Below the pieces are notes generated by a model that was not told the DNA's origin, did not search any database, and saw only the letters and a list, made by a program, of their open reading frames with translations. The translations under genes and the position numbers were made by a program. From the NCBI GenBank assembly GCA_002633005.1, contig NMRA01000091.1, positions 140,275 through 204,274 of the forward strand: a DNA stretch of 64,000 bases. Reading direction: 5' to 3'. Source of the DNA: Phoronis australis. Taxonomy: Eukaryota; Animalia; Phoronida. Position 1 is the first letter of the stretch, and every line of letters starts with the position of its first letter. Shown piece after piece: positions 60,091 through 64,000 of this stretch.

Positions 60091-62540
60091 AATTTTTACG
60101 CTCAGTTAACTAGACCATGTTAGGAATAATTTTCAAAATGTTCCACGTATGCATGAGGAGCTGTCAAATGACAGGATTTCAAAATTTTCGTAAAAACGAA
60201 AACATTATTTTAGAACAGTAATAACGTTTTCGAGAATTCATGTTAGATATCAAATGAAATTAAATCTTGTTATTGATTCCGTTGTTTTTTCATGATTGTA
60301 ACTTGTTTACATAATTTTACTGAGACGACATGGTCACATGAGCTAATTAATAGACGTGGCGCCCGTTTGCGTCGTTCTGCGTCTGGCCTCCGTCTGGCAA
60401 CGTTCTCAATTTGATTTGTACGTGTGTATTACCGATAGCCCGGACCCTTTCGATTTTAACTGCTAGTTTTTCTGACTGCTAGTTTTTCTCGATGTCAAAA
60501 CTGTATCGCTGATTTTTGAGAGTATTCAATGCTTTTGTGGTGGATAATCATTAAACGAATTTCCGAGATTAAAAAATCGGATCAAATAGTTTTCGGACCG
60601 ATTCCACTACTGTAGCACCACCTAGTGGTCCCTAGAAACATATGGTTTGCTGTGCACCGCGGGCGCATTTCAATGCCCGGGTGTTGCTGTTGTTGTAAAA
60701 GATTTTATAAAACACTTTATGGATGCTGATCAAGCGAGTTTTCCGTGACAACATTTTTACGTGACCTCGAAATTGGCAAGTGGTGTTGTGAATTATGTGA
60801 GTATATTCGTCTCGGCTCTCAGTTTTAGGGTTGACAGCTGCCAGTTAGCATGATATTTCAACATGAGGGTACCATTTTAACTGAGGCTATTCGCCATTAG
60901 GATTGCGCAGCCTGTTCTTTGCTGACCGTGCGTAATATTCTGGCTGGGCGATTCTCAGCTTGTTTTTATGTCTCGGTGCTCTTTTCTCTAAGTTCAGTGT
61001 GTACCGTTTTCTAACGACCTTTATTGATTTCCAGGATGATTTATTTCAAAACGATGGGCTTTTGGGCCATTTACATACATTTACACATATTTCATTAAGG
61101 CTTGCACGATGCTTTTGTTTGTTTTGTGATAATTACATTCGCCAGTATGCTGGTCAAGCAACTAATTCACATTAAAGGAATCTTCAGCCTCTGCGACGGC
61201 GCACAAATTTTGTTGAAACGTTCAGCAGTATTTAGGTGGAATAGGGGTACAGATAAGTTCATTTAGTGTCGTAACACAAGTGTGTGTCATGTGCCGGAAT
61301 CAGCATTTTATCACCTGAAATCGAGAACATAAACTACGTGGGTAGATTTGAGATTGGCATGTCACAAATGAAAAAGGTACGCACAAATTGTTCTTGCCGA
61401 GATTTTTAACACTCGAGTTTTATTATTGGGATATTAAAAACCTATTAAAGTTATTGCCTTGTTTACTTTACAGTGTTTGGGTATCCCTGTATCCTCTCTA
61501 GGTAAATCCCTTCACCTTGCCCTCCTGCCAGGTGGTATGAAAAGTTTCACCTGTAAAACGAAGTTTCCGTCATCGACTTTGCTGGAAGCTCTAGTTCATT
61601 ATCCTTGAAGTTCATGGCCACCAGGTTGGTCTCTAGTCTTGAGCTAAAACCAAGTCGTTAGTTCTTATTCATACTCACGTTAGTCATGAATATTATATCG
61701 GTAGCACTGAAGCTCCATATTATGGGGAGCCCCGCCCACAAGCGTTGTTGCTTCCCGAGGTCGTTCACTCCAGTTGTTGCACAATGCACTATAACGAGGG
61801 CGTTTATATCGTACTAATTCTTCAACTGCGTAACAAAACGTGTGGTATCCCTCCGACCATTTTGTTGCAACCCTCGTCGTGACTAAGTTCTTCGGCTCTC
61901 CTGTTTTTAAAGGAGATTAAAAGTTTTCGAAGACCATCGTTGTTTTTGTCTTTCATTTAAGGTAGTCTGCGTCGAAATATTCGGATAATGTGTCACGGTG
62001 CAATTGCCCGCCGTGACGGATCAGCGGAAGTCGACTGGTTAGTGTAGACTTGCCTCGTAAACGGGAATGAAGGAATAAGTTAGGGAGGTGGCTGAACCAG
62101 TCTGTTACTACTGTATAAATTTGTTCCCGTAATGGTCACTAGCAGTTGCTGTTAACGGAAACAGTCGTCGTGGCGGGGAAGCGATTTTCGTCCGATTACT
62201 TTTGTCATGCACTCCGCGGCCTAAACCCTCTTGCCGAGGCTACTACTTGTCAGCAAAACTGAAACAATAAACCACACTTTCTGTAACAAGACAAAATTTC
62301 TTTTAGGTCACAAATATCATAAAGTCGCTCACACCTTGTATTTTGCAAATTGGCAATGTTTTCCAGATTTAAATACAAATGACAGGTGGTTATCGCTACC
62401 GACCAGGCCCGTTACGTTGTTTGTCATGACGATTTATTCAAACCGAATCTCAATTCAAACCACGAATAACGCTTTACTTTAGAAAAGCAAATAGGCATGT
62501 GAGAAAAATTCACGTTTTTAACACCAGAATACATACTATA

Positions 62541-62640
62541 TATGGGCGGCGCGCCATAAGGGGCTGGGGGTGCTATAGCCCCACTTCTTTCAGTGCTGCG
62601 TTGCCCATGGTCTATAGGCGGCGCACCACAGGGGGGCTGT
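62541..62640 (-). mobile_element. Inverted copy of the GC-rich MITE dimer (one full unit plus a partial unit)
   Basis: The reverse complement aligns with 35840-35944, including the junction GCGCCGC.TAT.GACCATGGGC. Confidence 0.75.
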
Positions 62641-64000
62641 CGAATATCGGTTGCGCCTGTGAACTACTGCATATAGTGGGCAAGTATCTCTTCAGGTACA
62701 TAGCCTACCAAATAAATAAAAATATCGTACGCGGTTATTGTGAACATCAGTGCCGAATGCGAACTGATGTTGTGTCTTCCCAATGCTCATGCCAATCATT
62801 CGGCCGTGTTTATTACCATATTAAAAATTAAATTACGGAACTAAATTATGTACTCTCTGTACACGAATGTTCGATGTCTGCTTGGATGTCTGTTTCAGTG
62901 TTGTGACTTTTTGACCGCACATCTTGTGGGCGTGGATGTGTGTGGTACTCCCAGAATTTGAGGTCATTTCTTACTCGGGCACTTAATGGGAAAGTGTAAG
63001 GCCACTCCTTTGTTTTTCGTTTCATAGAGTTAAAGATCTTAAAAAGAGACCTGAACTACATGTTTCAGAATTTTAGTATGAATTTGTAGAGTATAAAGGT
63101 TGGTTCCTGACATTCACATCTTCATAAATAGTGCACAGTATTTTTCTTTTTTACTTTGAAAAATTAAATTTTATTAGTTCACTTAAGCCCCACTGCGAGC
63201 GTTGTTTTCGTGACGAAAGCCAACCCAAAAGAGCGCACCACAATTTTAGCAACAGAGTGAACGGTAGAACGCCAATTTTTTCAACACTGATAAATTATTT
63301 CGTTTACTCAAGGAAGAGTGTAGTTTTTATTGACATTAATTTTGTGTCAGATTTTATTTGATCAATTTTTACCCACATCGTCTCAACGGCTGTATATTCA
63401 ATGTGCAAATTTGCAGCAAGGCAACGCGAGGCCCCTGATGCAGAACGGCATATTTCTACTAACAGTCAACACGACACGGTCGTAAACTTGCATTATGAAC
63501 TTTTGGGAGCCGAAAACTAAGACGACTTGTACACATAAAGTACAGTTCCGTAGCCTAGAGGCCTTCACTCATTGATCTATCTATATTAAGCTTAATTTAG
63601 GTCATTGTCTTCACCCACGGTGCAGCATCAGTGACGTCAGACAAGCGTTAGTCAATAGGAGTAACATTGGAAAAAACACTTTTCAAAATAATGCGAAAGA
63701 ATAAAAAAAGACATGAATTCATAAACCAAGTTACATTAAAAATGAATGTTTTTGTACTTCAGTAACCTTTTAATATGCTATCGTATCTTGCCAAAAGTAC
63801 TACAGCTATGAAATGTGGCCTTATTGTTTCCGCTTTCTGATATGTTTGGCGACTGTTTGCCAGTTTCATTAAAACTAAAGTTATCACGCGATTGTCGCTG
63901 CCAGTGCAATAAGAATATACGATACATTTCTAACTTTTGTGGGCTATCTCTCAAGCAATTTCCTGTACACTGATACTAACATCGATCGACGTATTTTACG

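Overview
AT-rich eukaryotic DNA, most likely an invertebrate animal (inferred from repeat types and GT-AG splice signals), with two assembly gaps (11229-11556, 43429-44378). I see no intact protein-coding gene, rRNA, complete tRNA or CRISPR array. Most ORFs in the track look like noise or run through Ns. The window reads as intergenic or intronic sequence dense in transposon relics. These include a 5'-truncated, frameshifted non-LTR retrotransposon (about 7720-9015, minus), and a Penelope-like 3' end with a GIY-YIG C-terminal relic and a one-mutation-degenerate minimal hammerhead ribozyme (41560-41805, minus). There are also many MITEs (hAT-type with 8-bp TSD, two families with exact 5-bp TSDs, Harbinger-like CWG, Kolobok-like TTAA), palindromic elements sharing a CTCGGC..GCCTCG-like loop, tRNA-derived SINE heads, and micro/minisatellites. 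One plausible mostly non-coding exon (57720-58154) and a possible promoter/first exon near 19.25 kb suggest a large plus-strand host gene. The palindrome TACATGTA is strongly over-represented. All calls are by eye. I did not find a well-supported wholly new biological system.
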